From Tubiluchus corallicola (taxonomy: Eukaryota; Animalia; Priapulida), in NCBI GenBank assembly GCA_030141605.1, contig JAQGDQ010000317.1:209958-273957 (forward strand): a stretch of DNA of 64,000 nt, given 5' to 3'. This document shows, piece after piece, positions 12,491 to 24,980 of the stretch. The first letter of the stretch is position 1; the number at the start of each line of letters is the position of its first letter. Made by a program: the position numbers and the translations under genes. Under the pieces are notes generated by a model. That model was not told the origin of the DNA. It saw nothing but the letters and a program-made list of their open reading frames with translations, and searched no databases.

Positions 12491-12745
12491 GCTTACAGCT
12501 GCAGTTATCATCGCCACCGATCACATTATTATTTAGATGAAGTTAATGCTCGTCAGTAAGTATCAATAAGTAAGTAAGGCCGATAAGTAAGGCCTACTGC
12601 ACAAAACTGTTTGAGAGACAAGAGAAATCAAAAATAAAGGAATCAGCAGCCAACCCAACCCGGAAATAGTTTACGCACCTAAGATTTCTTGTCTTGACTG
12701 TTAAAAACGGCTAGAAATCGATGTCAGTAGTGTGAACTGGTAAGT
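12491..12745. promoter_or_regulatory. Putative bidirectional promoter and first non-coding exons of CSKMT (-) and FHIP1 (+)
   Basis: Outward-facing donors: GTAAGC on - at 12496 and CTG|GTAAGT on + at 12740. The segment is CpG-richer and has an ETS-like CCGGAA at 12660-12665. It lies between divergently transcribed genes. Confidence 0.45.
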
Positions 12746-13303
12746 AATACAACTGAATTTTCTTTTAGCATGTTATTTAATTTTTTGCCACTTTGTAAGA
12801 AGTTACATACCTTTAAAGAAAGGTTATTTACTCATTGAGAATGTTTCTAGTTACTTAGATGTCTGTGGCTTGTTCGATTAACCTCTATCGCTCTTTTAAT
12901 TTTAATTTTTAAGATTAATGGTATGGTATAGTAGGTGATGTGAGGGCACTTAATGTGAGTTATTTTTATTGCAGTATTTTTAAATACTCTGAGGTGTCCA
13001 AAGCATGTCGACAGTTAGGTGATGAGTTCGCTTTAGCTGTTGAGCTTTATATTTGTTTTTGTAGAAACGTGAAAATCTTAATTTGTTGAAAACTCAAATG
13101 TCCGAAGTTCTTTATTAGAATCAGAATTAAAATTCGTTTATTTTTTCACCTGATAGTAAAAAATATTAGTACAATGTCACAAAACTGAAACAAAATATAA
13201 TAATATATTAATATTAAATCTTCCTTTACTATATATAGGTGAAGGGGTAGCGAATGAACGTAAGTTATCGAGTCAGCCACCCCAAAGTAAAGTCCTGTGT
13301 AGC

Positions 13304-14031
13304 TAGGGTCACCATATTGTCTGAGTTGAAAAAGAGGACACTTTTTCTCACACTTGTAAGTAGGTAAAAATGACCAGTCTAGGGTCTATTAAAACAATGC
13401 AAAATAAAATAGGCCTACATGTTTCTGTTTTTGTTCGAGCACACGACATCTTTCGTGCAATATTGGAATCGGGCAATGTTGTTGTTAACACGCTACAAGT
13501 ACAATCCATAGATTTGTAGCTGTGATGGTGCTTTACGGTATGAAAGGCCAGTGTTCCTTCAGCCGCCGACACAGAATCGTCAGTTTTTGAGCCAGGTCAT
13601 CAGTTTCGCCACCACATGTCGAGCATTCGGCTTCCCAGTAATATTGGCCTGCGAAACTATACGAATTTAAAGAAATTCACGTAAAAACAAACAAAATTAC
13701 TCATGGAGGCTGACGTCATTTTAAGTCGTTAGCGAATACACCGAGTATCGACAGCGGTGTGAGTCGTGTGACCCATAGAGATGTTGCCATCGCTTACTTT
13801 TGTTCAGTAAATATGTACCCATAGCTTTTACAAGGGTTGCATTTTGAGATGTTGTATTGAAAATTAACGAGCTTTTCTTTGTCTCATACTGTCCTACGCC
13901 TCTGCAGTTGGCAACGTCCGTACATACTTACAGATTGAGGCAAAACCCGGGCAAACTGCCGATTTTTAACGCCCGGACAGAGGCCCAAAAAGAGGACATG
14001 TCTGGGGAAACCCGGACGTATGGTAACCCTA
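13304..14031 (-). mobile_element. Internally deleted hAT (Blackjack-like) DNA transposon with transposase remnant
   Basis: TIRs TAGGGTCACCATA / TATGGTAACCCTA; imperfect 8-bp TSD tgtgtagc / tgtgcacc; subterminal AAAAAGAGGACA at both ends. The minus-strand remnant AAEGTLAFHTVKHHHSYKSMDCT...KMSCARTKTE resembles hAT transposases. Confidence 0.8.
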
Positions 14032-14360
14032 TGTGCACCCAGTATGCTAATATAATTATTTATAATTTTGATGGACAATAAGTAAGACACATATGACAAA
14101 AAACGTACTTGCAGCAAACTTTATTGACTTCGCAACTTATTATCGAAGCAATTTTTGACAAAACTTGAAATGTTATCTCAGCAACAACAACTCTGCAAAA
14201 TTATCTGAAATTTACATTTGTAAGCTGTAGTAACTAGTGGTAGTAATAAAAAAATTATTTATTGTCGATATTTTACAAAAGACAACATTAACAATGACTA
14301 TTTTCTGACATATTAACAAGGGAAACAAGATAAAAAATTCTAATTCACACAGTGTATGGG

Positions 14361-14515
14361 ATAGACCAGATTTTACAGCACTCTACAGATCTGCCATCTG
14401 TGGGCAGTAGCACACACTTTGTTATTCTAATACAATGCACACAATGTATAAAATAGACCAGATTATACAGTACCCTACAAAGCTGCCATCTATGGGCAGT
14501 AGCACACATTTTGTT
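14361..14515. repeat. Duplication of a ~63-bp unit (period 92 bp) containing CTGCCATCT(G/A)TGGGCAG
   Basis: atagaccagatt(t/a)tacag...ctgccatct(g/a)tgggcagtagcacaca(c/t)tttgtt starts at 14361 and again at 14453. Confidence 0.75.
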
Positions 14516-17500
14516 GGAAATGGTATAACAGAAAATGTAAAAGGCACTTCAAAATCAAATCCACGTCTGGTAGTTTGGCAGACCAGAGGAAAACTGAAAT
14601 ACGACAACTTTTCTACCAAAAAATAAAGATTATGTTATATTATGTTGGTTAAATATAAGTTTATTTTTTTTTATATTAAAGTAAAATATTTGTGTTTATA
14701 TTCTGCTTCTTTCTATGTTTACTGAAAAGTTGGCATTTTTTACCATAAAATCTTTGTTCATTTTTTATTTTATTTTTAAGGTATTCTCTGAAATTATCTG
14801 CTAAATAATTAGCAGTTTGATGAAGTGAACTAAAATTTCTGTATTGTCTTCAAAATCTGGAAAATCGTTTATACTTAAATTTTTAAACTTTTGTATTTGC
14901 TTTTGTAATAAAAAATATGAAAACTTATTTTACAAAGTCTACTGAGAATAATTAACTTACATAATTAAAATCTAGACAAATGTATCGTATGTTACTGTTA
15001 CTGACCTACTTATGGAAATGAACCCGCAATTACTGAAGTTTTGAAACCAACTAGACTGAAGTGAAGGAAATGTGAAATAACAGGTAATAGTCTTGAATTG
15101 GAACCAGAGAATTCAACTCCAAGGCCATGATCAAATGTTTAGTGATTGCTCACAATTTTTAAATCATTTGTATTTTTTTGAGCACACCCTTCTTTCTTCA
15201 CATAGCCTTAGCGTACAATTAAGAATATAAGACTATTCAAAAAGTGTCTTAGTACTGACTTTTCTAGTTTCATATTTGCTTTTTGTCATTGAGTGTTATA
15301 CCTTTTGTCTTTATTGCGTGCAAGGCTGCTAACTCATACAAATAAATCCATATTCGTACGAAAGGTAGAAGCTAATAGAGCAATATATTTCTTAATTATT
15401 TACATTTTTGGCTTAACCGGAGTCACTGGATTTCCTGTCACCTTTGTGTGTTTAACCAGAACACTATAAAATTTCGCAGGTATTTTTTTATACATTTTAG
15501 TACGCTGCAAACCGCTGCCCAGTATTTAATGGTACTGTATACCCGATATTTTTGGAGTGACCAAATTCTGGCTCATTGCCAAGGATATCCTGTAACAGGA
15601 GCTGAACTGGCAGCAGAGCTGCTTCAGCCATGTTTGGAAGCAGTGTTGGATTCTTTGGGTTGCTTTTGAAAAGTAATCTGTCATGATTACAAATTACTTT
15701 GGAAAAATTGTAATAAAATTACTCATTACTGATTACGTTTGTGTGCTAGTCTGAGTAACGTTTTAATGAAAATATGCACAGAAGAGCATTGTAGTCCCTG
15801 ACTGGGCCTGGCTTTACTGAGCTATATGTCTTACAGTATATGCACTGTGCACGTGACCAAGCATTGAGTGCATAAAACAATAAGTTACAGCTGTAGAGGT
15901 TTTTATAAAGCAGTTTGAATGTCTAATGAGGTCGTTATTTGAGCAAAGTAACAAACCACTCTGTGCTTGTAGGCGTTGAGGTTCAGAGATAAACAAAAGG
16001 AAAGCGGTTTAATGATGAAAACAGCCTAAGTTTAAAATGTTATTCTTGGATAGATAAGTTACACAGGTTTAGTAGCATTTAGTTTCTATCACTAACCTCA
16101 CACCATGACCACTTAGCTATTACTTGCCTTTAAAAGCTGTAATTGGAATAGATCTTCATTTGCTTTTTTATGGATTTCTACTTTCCAGGTGTGTTTTGGT
16201 TGTAACTAGGTCTTTGTCAATCATTTGCAGCAAAAAAATAATAATAACCTACAGACAGTTTTAAATTGTGTATACATGATATGGTAGAATTGTTGCTTGT
16301 TAGTGATAATGGGCTAGCATTCACTTGTAGGCTTAAATGATAAAATGCTGATTGCTGAAATGGATAATTTTTTATGGAACAAATAATGGGGGGGGGGGTA
16401 ATAAAATAAGAACTTTGCCATTTTTTAAACAAAAACAATATTCAGATGATCAGCTTCTGTTCCATAGCCTATATTTTTGGAGTAGGAAGAAATCTTACTT
16501 ATTTTAAAATTTCCAAGAATGTAGAGTTGTAGTATGTTGATTCTGCTGGTAGTAGCTAGTAGATTCTTAATACATAACAAGCAAATCTGACACTGTTACA
16601 AGTTAAGAACATTTGTTGCTAATTATCTACTAATTTTTTGTGGTACTTCATTTTAACGACTTCCAGCTGCCGGCATTAGAGAATGTTCACATATATAGCG
16701 GAAAGGCAGAATCACGGTGTTTTACACTCTAGAGTAGCTGAAAAATTTATCTGGAACACACTTGTTTATTGTTCTAAATTGTGTGAAAATATTTATGTAT
16801 TTTTGCTTTTCAGAACCTAGCAATTTATTTGTTTTCTTTTGCCAGTTGTTTTGGCACTGATAATATTTACAAACGCCATCATTTCAATTATTTATTTTCC
16901 CTTATATTTGGACTCACTAAAAACTTTTACCGCTTCAGTTATTTCTAATTTGTCAGACTTCAAGCAGAAATTATGATAAATATGTAGTCTGTAGCTAGTT
17001 GTACGCATTGTACAACATACTTGATGGATATGTAATATACAAGTATATTGCTTTCTACACATAAGCTCTACTTCAGTGCAATAAGGTTACATTAAATTAG
17101 AGAGTCACAAGTTACACACAGTAAAGCTGTAATCCAAGCCAAAGGTCCATTCAATGTAAATTGTCGACGAAACGCTACGACTTACTTATTCAAGAACGTA
17201 AGGAGGAATTTCACTGTACATCCTTCGGTTTTCAGAATCGTAAAATTTTGCATTTGTTTACAACTTTGCACTTTAAACTGTGTTATGCTGCTGTTATAAA
17301 AGGCTACTCCTCAATACTAATGGTGAGCCACGAGTAACCTTGAATGCACTGTTTACACTGGTACATGAAATAGTTGTTTTATGTATACATGTATGTACAT
17401 ATTTGCGATGTGTGTTAAATACTAGTGGAAATATTCACGTAACTTGTTATACACCAAAGTTCGCCATTTGCAATTACGCTGTTCAGTGTAACACAATGTT

Positions 17501-17623
17501 ACAATAATATTTTATTAGTTTCAGGTGTTAGAACAGAATTATAATTCTGACAGCAATGGTTGGATTTCATCTGTGTGAAGAGTAGGCCTCAATAGCAATA
17601 TCTGAAGACAGATAACAAGCAAC

Positions 17624-20600
17624 ATGACGAGTTGGTTCCGTCGCAGTCCATATCCAGAAATTATGCAGTCCGAGCATGAGCATCTACAGCTTGATCAGGC
17701 TGCTTGCTTCGAGACCCTCCAGTGTCATTGGCAAGAGGCATCAGCCATCATGGTTAAAAAAGGTTCTGTAACTGCAGATGATGCGAACGGTGTAGTGAAC
17801 TACTTGCATCAGATGGTTCTTTTGTTGCTAGAAGAAAGTCGAGGTGAGGACTTCAGTGGTTCTAATGGTCCAATGCTCGATTACTTTCTGTCTGAGGAGG
17901 TTATGGAGTTATTGTTCATGTGGTCTAACAATACTGGTGAGCATTTAAATAAAATGAAACTAGAACAGTTACATTTGTATGAGTTATTGTTATCCGAATG
18001 TCAGCAGAACATGTTAATGCAAAAACCTCTTTTGCGTCCATTGATGAAGTTAATTGTCACCTGCAGTGAGTGGTCATCCGTGGATGTTGAGCGCAGTCTA
18101 CTCGTGCTACTTAATATGATCTGCATTTCATTGAATCAGTTCCCTTCACTACTAGATTTCTTCTTTATTAAAACTGCAGAACATTCAATTGATCGTTTTG
18201 TTCTTTTCTCTGTTCTTGCCAAGTTTATGCATAGAGATGGGACAATCGGTTGCCAAGCCAGAGATTCACTGCTGCTTTGCATGGCACTGTCCACTAGATT
18301 TGACTATATTGCCCAGCACATTGTGGAGAAATCCAATTTTTGTGAAGCTCTTGCTTCCGGACTTAGTGGACTTTATTCACAGTGTAGGAATGATAAACTG
18401 GAAAATTTGCCAAACGACTGGCATTCCATAAGGACAGAAGACCTTAAACACCTTCCCGAAGTTGTCACATTAATAGACTGCTTGGACTTTTGCAATTCCG
18501 TCTGTCAGGTTGCTCCACCTTTGGTCCGGGATAAACTTATTGATTACATTTACCATGCATTTTTTATTCAAGTGCTTGGCACAGCAGTGTGTCAAGGTAC
18601 AACTGAAGAAGTTATGATAACAATCGCCTATTTGAAACTCTTTCTTTTTCATATTACTGATCCGTCCCTGATGAAAGCATTTATTCGTTTTTTAGTAGCA
18701 GAAGATATTGATGGCACTGTTGTCCTTGATACAATTGTGTGTGGTATTAATGCTGATGATCACTTGTGCCTTGTGTCATTAGCATTCATAGAAGCAATTC
18801 TTGATTTGAATTGTGAAGATGTGATTGTGCATCTTGCTCTAAAGTACTTGATTCCATGCAGCCATGTTATGTTAAGTCAGCGCAAATGTTTTAAAAAGAT
18901 TGATCTACAAGGATCAGCAGCAGAGAAATTTCTGTCACTCGTTCCCAGTGTTTGCATTCCCAGTCGTGATGACCATGAATTGTCTCATTCCGGAGTCTCT
19001 GCAATGAACACAACCTCTGCCCGCAATGCCGTTCATAAGCGAGCCACTATCAAGCAATCAGGCTTTCGAATTGCGAAAAGTTCTAGCAAAAGTGTGGAAA
19101 ACTATCAGAACCATTCTGCTGGTGACATGACCTTGTGTGTGGATCAGTTGAGAACAAGCTATATTGACTATTTACATGATGCAGAGCATCGTGTGCGACG
19201 TTGTGTTCAAGCATGCTCATGCTGGTCTGCGCCATATGATGGTGTGTGCCCACCGAGAGAAGCTGTTGTGACACTTGCCCCGTCTCCTACCAGTGAAGCT
19301 AAGCATTTGATTGGTGTCAAAAAATGTGAGTCCCAAGACATACTTGATAAGATATCTAAAGAGAAATCAGAAAAACGTGTGCCCTCTATTGTTAATGGTG
19401 TTATTTTAGATAATAGTGATGAAGATATCCTGATGAGCTCTCGTAAAGGTACACTTAGCAGCAGCGACAATGTCAGGTTAAGCACAATGACATCAATATC
19501 TAGCTTCGATAGTTTCTGTGATACTGAGGTTTTTACCGAATATTTTGAACCTATTTTGCCACTTGCTGTCAGCTGGGATAAGCTGAACAATGAACAATTT
19601 CAGGCTGCCTTGTCTCGCATCAAAATTCCAGAATTGATTAGCACTGAATCTGAAATAGACATATTTTGTCACGAGTTAAATGAAGCGTGCAAACTTGTGA
19701 GCACTTCCGAGTCAACAAATATAGAGGATCTAGCAAGTAGCGATGTAAGTAAATCTGTAGTAACATCTGGAGAATTACAAGATACGGTACAAGAAAATGT
19801 TGAAACTGAAGCAGCAGTTAATGATGTTACATTGCGAAGTGATGGAAAAAAGATGCAGAGAACAGTCCACGAACATCATACAAAATCTGGCAGGAGAAGT
19901 TCTCTCAAAAGTTTGGAATTAAATGTTATTCCTGAAGATTACATTCATTCTTCAGAGCACACGACTCCTCTCAGTCCACTTGCTGCTACATTTGGGAAAC
20001 CTCACATGGGTTTATTCTTTACTGTCCTGTTTGGTAAATTGGAAAATATGATTGAAAACTCCTTGTATGCAAATCTGCAGCTTACGGCTGTAATATCTCG
20101 ATTGGCGTGCTATCCACAGCCTTTACTCAGATCATTTCTGCTAAATCCAGATCTTGTATTCCAGCCAAGTGTTCGTTCCTTAATTCAGATTCTTGCCTCT
20201 GTAAAACAAAAAGTTGATTCTTTTTCATCGGCTGAGGAACATTTTGGGATCCTGTTAGTTCGGGCAAGACAGTGGTTATTAAATCGTGAAAAAACATATT
20301 TCGAGGAAATTACTCATCCTCCCACTGTTGAAAGGAAGGTGCAACGGAGCTCCTCATTTATGGAAGCACGGAAGAAAGTGTCCTTGTCCAAATTATTTTC
20401 CCGAAAACCGGATGCAAAAATGTCTCCACGTTTGCAACAGCTCAATGATAAAAGTGGTTACCATTACATCCATGCGAAATCTGCTGATGTACTTATTAGC
20501 CCGACAATGAACCCAGACACCAGGAATGCTGTTTTCTGTGCCATCGTTATGGAAGAGTTCTTAAAAGAACTATCAGCGATTTGCCAGGAACATATACTTG

Positions 20601-20632
20601 TACAGACTGAAATGCTTGGCAATGATACTTAA
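17624..20632 (+). CDS. FHIP1: FHF complex subunit HOOK-interacting protein 1 (FAM160A/FHIP1A-B ortholog), 1002 aa, single-exon CDS
   Basis: RAI16-like N-domain (GCQARDSLLLCM, LASGLSGLYS, DCLDFCNSV, YLIPCSHVMLSQR, CSCWSAPYDG) and C-terminal FHIP motifs (LACYPQPLLRSFLLNPDLVFQPSVRSL, NAVFCAIVMEEFLKELSAICQEH). A splice acceptor tttcag at ~17524 indicates a spliced 5'UTR. Confidence 0.93.
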   Translation: MTSWFRRSPYPEIMQSEHEHLQLDQAACFETLQCHWQEASAIMVKKGSVTADDANGVVNYLHQMVLLLLEESRGEDFSGSNGPMLDYFLSEEVMELLFMWSNNTGEHLNKMKLEQLHLYELLLSECQQNMLMQKPLLRPLMKLIVTCSEWSSVDVERSLLVLLNMICISLNQFPSLLDFFFIKTAEHSIDRFVLFSVLAKFMHRDGTIGCQARDSLLLCMALSTRFDYIAQHIVEKSNFCEALASGLSGLYSQCRNDKLENLPNDWHSIRTEDLKHLPEVVTLIDCLDFCNSVCQVAPPLVRDKLIDYIYHAFFIQVLGTAVCQGTTEEVMITIAYLKLFLFHITDPSLMKAFIRFLVAEDIDGTVVLDTIVCGINADDHLCLVSLAFIEAILDLNCEDVIVHLALKYLIPCSHVMLSQRKCFKKIDLQGSAAEKFLSLVPSVCIPSRDDHELSHSGVSAMNTTSARNAVHKRATIKQSGFRIAKSSSKSVENYQNHSAGDMTLCVDQLRTSYIDYLHDAEHRVRRCVQACSCWSAPYDGVCPPREAVVTLAPSPTSEAKHLIGVKKCESQDILDKISKEKSEKRVPSIVNGVILDNSDEDILMSSRKGTLSSSDNVRLSTMTSISSFDSFCDTEVFTEYFEPILPLAVSWDKLNNEQFQAALSRIKIPELISTESEIDIFCHELNEACKLVSTSESTNIEDLASSDVSKSVVTSGELQDTVQENVETEAAVNDVTLRSDGKKMQRTVHEHHTKSGRRSSLKSLELNVIPEDYIHSSEHTTPLSPLAATFGKPHMGLFFTVLFGKLENMIENSLYANLQLTAVISRLACYPQPLLRSFLLNPDLVFQPSVRSLIQILASVKQKVDSFSSAEEHFGILLVRARQWLLNREKTYFEEITHPPTVERKVQRSSSFMEARKKVSLSKLFSRKPDAKMSPRLQQLNDKSGYHYIHAKSADVLISPTMNPDTRNAVFCAIVMEEFLKELSAICQEHILVQTEMLGNDT

Positions 20633-22315
20633 ATCATAACAAAAATTTTATATGGCCATTGGAATCCGTCGATTTTTAACAAGTCTATAAAAAGCTATAA
20701 TTATTAGTTAATTTGGCGCCCATTTACCGTCTTTTTAAATCTTACTGCATTGATAAAATGGGCAAAAATCATGTTTTGTAATACTAAACTGTGATATCTG
20801 TTTGAAAAGGATTCTAATATCAGGAGACAAAGTTTCTCTGTTCCACTCTGGAAATTCCTGCACAGTTTATTGATGAGAGAAGCAGCTTTCTATGAATAAT
20901 TTGACTATTTCTTTTTCTTTTCGTGTCGTATACTTTTCACTTCCCCTTCAACTGGACTTTTCTGTTATTTTCAACGAAAACATTATGTTTCTAAGACAGA
21001 ATGATCCAGAACAGACATAAGCTTAAAATGATTCTTCAGTGATTCTTAAAGTTTGTCTCTATGTACAATTGTAAATCTTTAATAGTGTTTATTCTATAAT
21101 TTTAATCACCAAAGTAAAATGTGTACTTTGGAAAACTCATTTGTATATAGCGGTATCACTAAGAATCCATGGCTTTTATTGACATGAGCAAGATTTTTTA
21201 AAACTAACATGTCCCTTTATCAATTATACAGAGAACCGAGTTACCAAGTTTACTGGCAAAAATGTCAGTTTGAAAAATGCAAGTTTACATCTAGTTTGTG
21301 TTACTGTTTATTAAATTTTATTGTATTAATATGACTTATTAACTGATACTGAAATTAAATAATGTTATTGTTATTTCTGTAGATATATAAACAATATAAA
21401 GTATGTAAAGAGGGATCCAGAATAATTTTTAATCTAATGTTAATAATTAACCCAATTTGAAATGGTTTTTTAATTTTAGAATAGCTCTGTTTCTACTGCA
21501 CAGGAAAATTTTGGACAAAATAATTGCACTCTTTAATTCACTATACATGTATATATAAATTTATTGGGCTGTATTTATAATTAATCAGTGATGTTGATAA
21601 TTGGGCACACAGTTTTATTAGAATAATTATAGTGATTTGCATATACGTGTGTTAATTTCACATATTTATTAATGCGTCAAAACAGTAACTATTGTTCATG
21701 CTTCAGTGTTATAACTAGTTTACAGATTGCTTATACATTTCAGTTATCATTATATGGAGAGTTATTTTTATTAATTTTGTAATCCTATTATATAAATTTT
21801 CACACTTTTGCTACAACAGCTAAGTGAACTACATGTTGCCATCTATTCTGTTATGGCAAAGATAACTGCCCGAATAATCTCATGTACGACAGTTATAGTT
21901 TGCTAGCAGAGGGCTTTTTAACTAAACCACTGTATTCAACTAATAAATAATTTTTGTCTGTCTACATATTGAATTGTTTATTTCATTCTGTCATTTTGTA
22001 AGTGAATTGCGTATGTGTTGTTCTGAATTCATGTAGTTTAAAACTACAGTACATTCATTGTCGATATATTGTCATTGATTTGTGTAGCCTTTAACATTGT
22101 GCTTCCAACTTAAGGCCCAGCTAACATATTTTGCACAAAGCCAGAGTCAGAAATATTTTAAAAAATGACACTGAAGTAACGTTGTTCCACAGCCTAGAAT
22201 CTAGGTAATGTGTACATGAATTTATACAGTATGGTGTGCAGCTCACAACAGGGCTCTATATTGCAGTCACTTGATGTACCATTTGAGGTCATAGTATAAT
22301 TAATGGAGACCAAAT

Positions 22316-22353
22316 CTCTTTCTCTCTCTCTCTCTCTCCCTCCCCCTCTCTCT
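22316..22353. repeat. (CT)n/pyrimidine microsatellite
   Basis: Direct inspection. Confidence 0.75.
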
Positions 22354-22989
22354 TTGCCTGCAAAAAGAGGCACCTTTTTGTATATATATGTTCCTTTTTG
22401 AATAAAGATTTATTTCAAAAAATCTCTCTCTTTCTGTCTTACTTAAACTCCGACTGAGTGAATACTAGTATGCAAGGGTAAAGTGTTCTATAATAATATA
22501 AGAAAAAGTCATTTGTAGGAACTCCAATAAAAAGTAAGACTTACAATTAACAATAATGATTTACTGTTATGATACTGACTTACAGTATACAGTTATATAT
22601 AATTAATTATATTTTACGCATTATTTTTGTTTTCGTTTGGTAGCGGTCCCGTACTGACTGAATCGTTGCAGATGCAGAAATTACTTTGCGCAAACGATCT
22701 GGCATCTGTGTGAACATGTGTAACATTATGGACTCTGGCTCGTAAGCAATTGTTGTTGAAAAACGGCAAATTCTGAATGCATGGACGCAATGGACGTGAA
22801 TTGGACATCCATTCACCAATTTTATGGAGGTAGTTAAAATAAAAATCTCGTGGCAAAAACTAATCATATTCTACTTTCGAGACACTTCCAGTCCTCACAG
22901 AGTTCTTCGTGGTCATGAGTCAAGTTATTTGAGCAACCAGCTAGAACCAATATCAGATCACACTTCTTTTGGCTTTGCGTAGAGCAACC

Positions 22990-23990
22990 ATGTCTAGTTG
23001 TCTACTATCTGTTATTCACTTAGACTTTAAAAAAGCATTTGATAAAGTGCCTCATAAGATGGCTAATTAAATCAAAGTCATATGGCTTTGGAGGAAATCT
23101 GCTCAAACGGAGAGAAAATTGGCTGTGCGTATATTAGAACCCAAAGAACAGTGATTGGAGACAGTTTTCACAGTATGTGCCTATCTCTTCTGGGGTGCCT
23201 CATGGATCAGTTCTGGGACCCCTCTTGTTTCTCGTTTATGTAAATGATATTGACGACGATGTAGGAATAAAATTGTCTAAATTTGCTGATGACTGCAAAA
23301 TGTGCAGTAGAGTAGACACATATGATGAAATTCTGTCCCTAATAAACTCTTTGGTCACAAGAATGGCAAATGTTATTCATTGAAAGCAAATGTAAATGAA
23401 TGCATATGGGGTTTTCAAATCCACACCAAGATCATGTGATTATTAACACTTCATTAAATGCAGTTCAGGAAGAGACTAACATAGCATCAGTATATCATCA
23501 GTATACTGATGCGTCAGTATATCATCTGACGTAAAACCTGGAATGCACATCTCCATAAAAGTAAAAAGCAAATATGGTACTTGGCATGATATACAGAACA
23601 TTTATTAATAAAAACGCAAACATACTCGTCCCTGTGTATAAATCCAAAGTATGTCCCATTGTGGAATACGCTAGTCCTGTTTGGAAACCGTATTTTATTA
23701 AAGACATATGTTTGATCGAGGGTGTCCAAAGAAGGGCTACCAGAATGGTTGAAGGGTTAAACAGTGTAGCAACTAAAGCGTCCAGGTCTGCATACACTGT
23801 TAACTAGAAGGGCATGTGCTGATTTAATACACACTTTCAAAGTCATTAAAGGAATTGATGATGCGGGTTTAGGAAAATATTTTCAGCCATATAATAATTT
23901 ACTTGTGAAATGGTTTACCTCAAAAGGCTATGGACGCAGTTCCAGTTAATCACTTTAAAGGGCCATCCAAACGTATGTTAATGCCATTGA
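22990..23990 (+). mobile_element. Decayed CR1/L2-type LINE reverse transcriptase fragment
   Basis: LDFKKAFDKVPH, SGVPHGSVLGPLLFLVYVND, KFADD and CPIVEYASPVWKPY...IEGVQRRATR, with frameshifts and stops. Confidence 0.88.
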
Positions 23991-24514
23991 ACAACGAAAT
24001 GTAGATTGGATTCATAAGACACATGTCTGTAAACACTGAGTTTTCTACAGCATGATACTAGTACCCTTAGTTATAGATGCCCATGTTTTTGCTCTATGTA
24101 TGTGTTTATAGTGTATACAATGTATCAAATCATTATAATCATTGTAGTTAAAGTGCAAGCGCCACAAAAAAGTTGTGTAGAGACTGAGTGTATAATATAA
24201 CCCACTTTTGGGTTTCTTACACAGTGACTACCAAAATTAAAGCCACAATAATAGTCCAAATGATGGAGGTAGCTGCAAAGGTGAGTTCATCATCAAGCAC
24301 CAGTGCTTCATTAGTAGACAGTTTCAAAGAGCCTTTGAGAGAGGACCATTTAGAGATAGTTACCATCTAGCTCCTTATTTCTTTGGATAAGGTAGTCTTC
24401 AATAAGATTTTCTGCATGCGATATAGAGTCTATCACGTTTAAACTAACATTTAGCTGACCCTCAGCATTATATCTACACCGCCATACGTCAACAATTACG
24501 TTATCGATTTACTG

Positions 24515-24980
24515 TAAACTATTTAGTGAATGGTTGCTCAAAAATTACATCCATCGTATTTGATACACATACCAAAATACACATACCAGATGGACTTCCA
24601 CTGCATTCAAATATATAGTAAATTGCAGAGTGTCCTTTAAGGGACAATGACTGCGTACCATTGGGGATCTGGGGGGTTCTTTCCCCCAGTTTGGCCGAGG
24701 TTCGGAGAAAATTTTGAATTCAGTACTGCTAAATTGACGTAAATCAGGTCCAACAAAATAGGTCTTCAGTTTAGCGAATGGATGCTCGAAGTTATGTCCA
24801 TCACGTCTAAGATTCTATAGGTCCACCAGTTTAGTAAACAGATGCTCAAGTTACGTCCATTTCATCCATCCAGAAAGTCCATCCAAATGGTAAACGGACG
24901 TCAATCCATATATGTCCATTAATTTAGTGAATGGATGCTCAAAGTTACGTCCATCGCGTTCAAAACTTTGTCCATCAAAT
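24515..24980. repeat. Cluster of degenerate repeats (TTTAGTGAATGGATGCTCAAAGTTACGTCCATC), probably transposon-derived
   Basis: About four diverged copies at ~24522, 24770, 24830 and 24923 with irregular spacing. Confidence 0.6.

Noticed and set aside
18189-20510. Overlapping alternative-frame ORFs within FHIP1
   Set aside because: Short shadow ORFs are expected in a long GC-richer CDS, and they carry no motifs.
24515-24980. CRISPR-like or regulatory array
   Set aside because: Spacing is irregular and copies are highly diverged; it is more consistent with a decayed TE-internal repeat.
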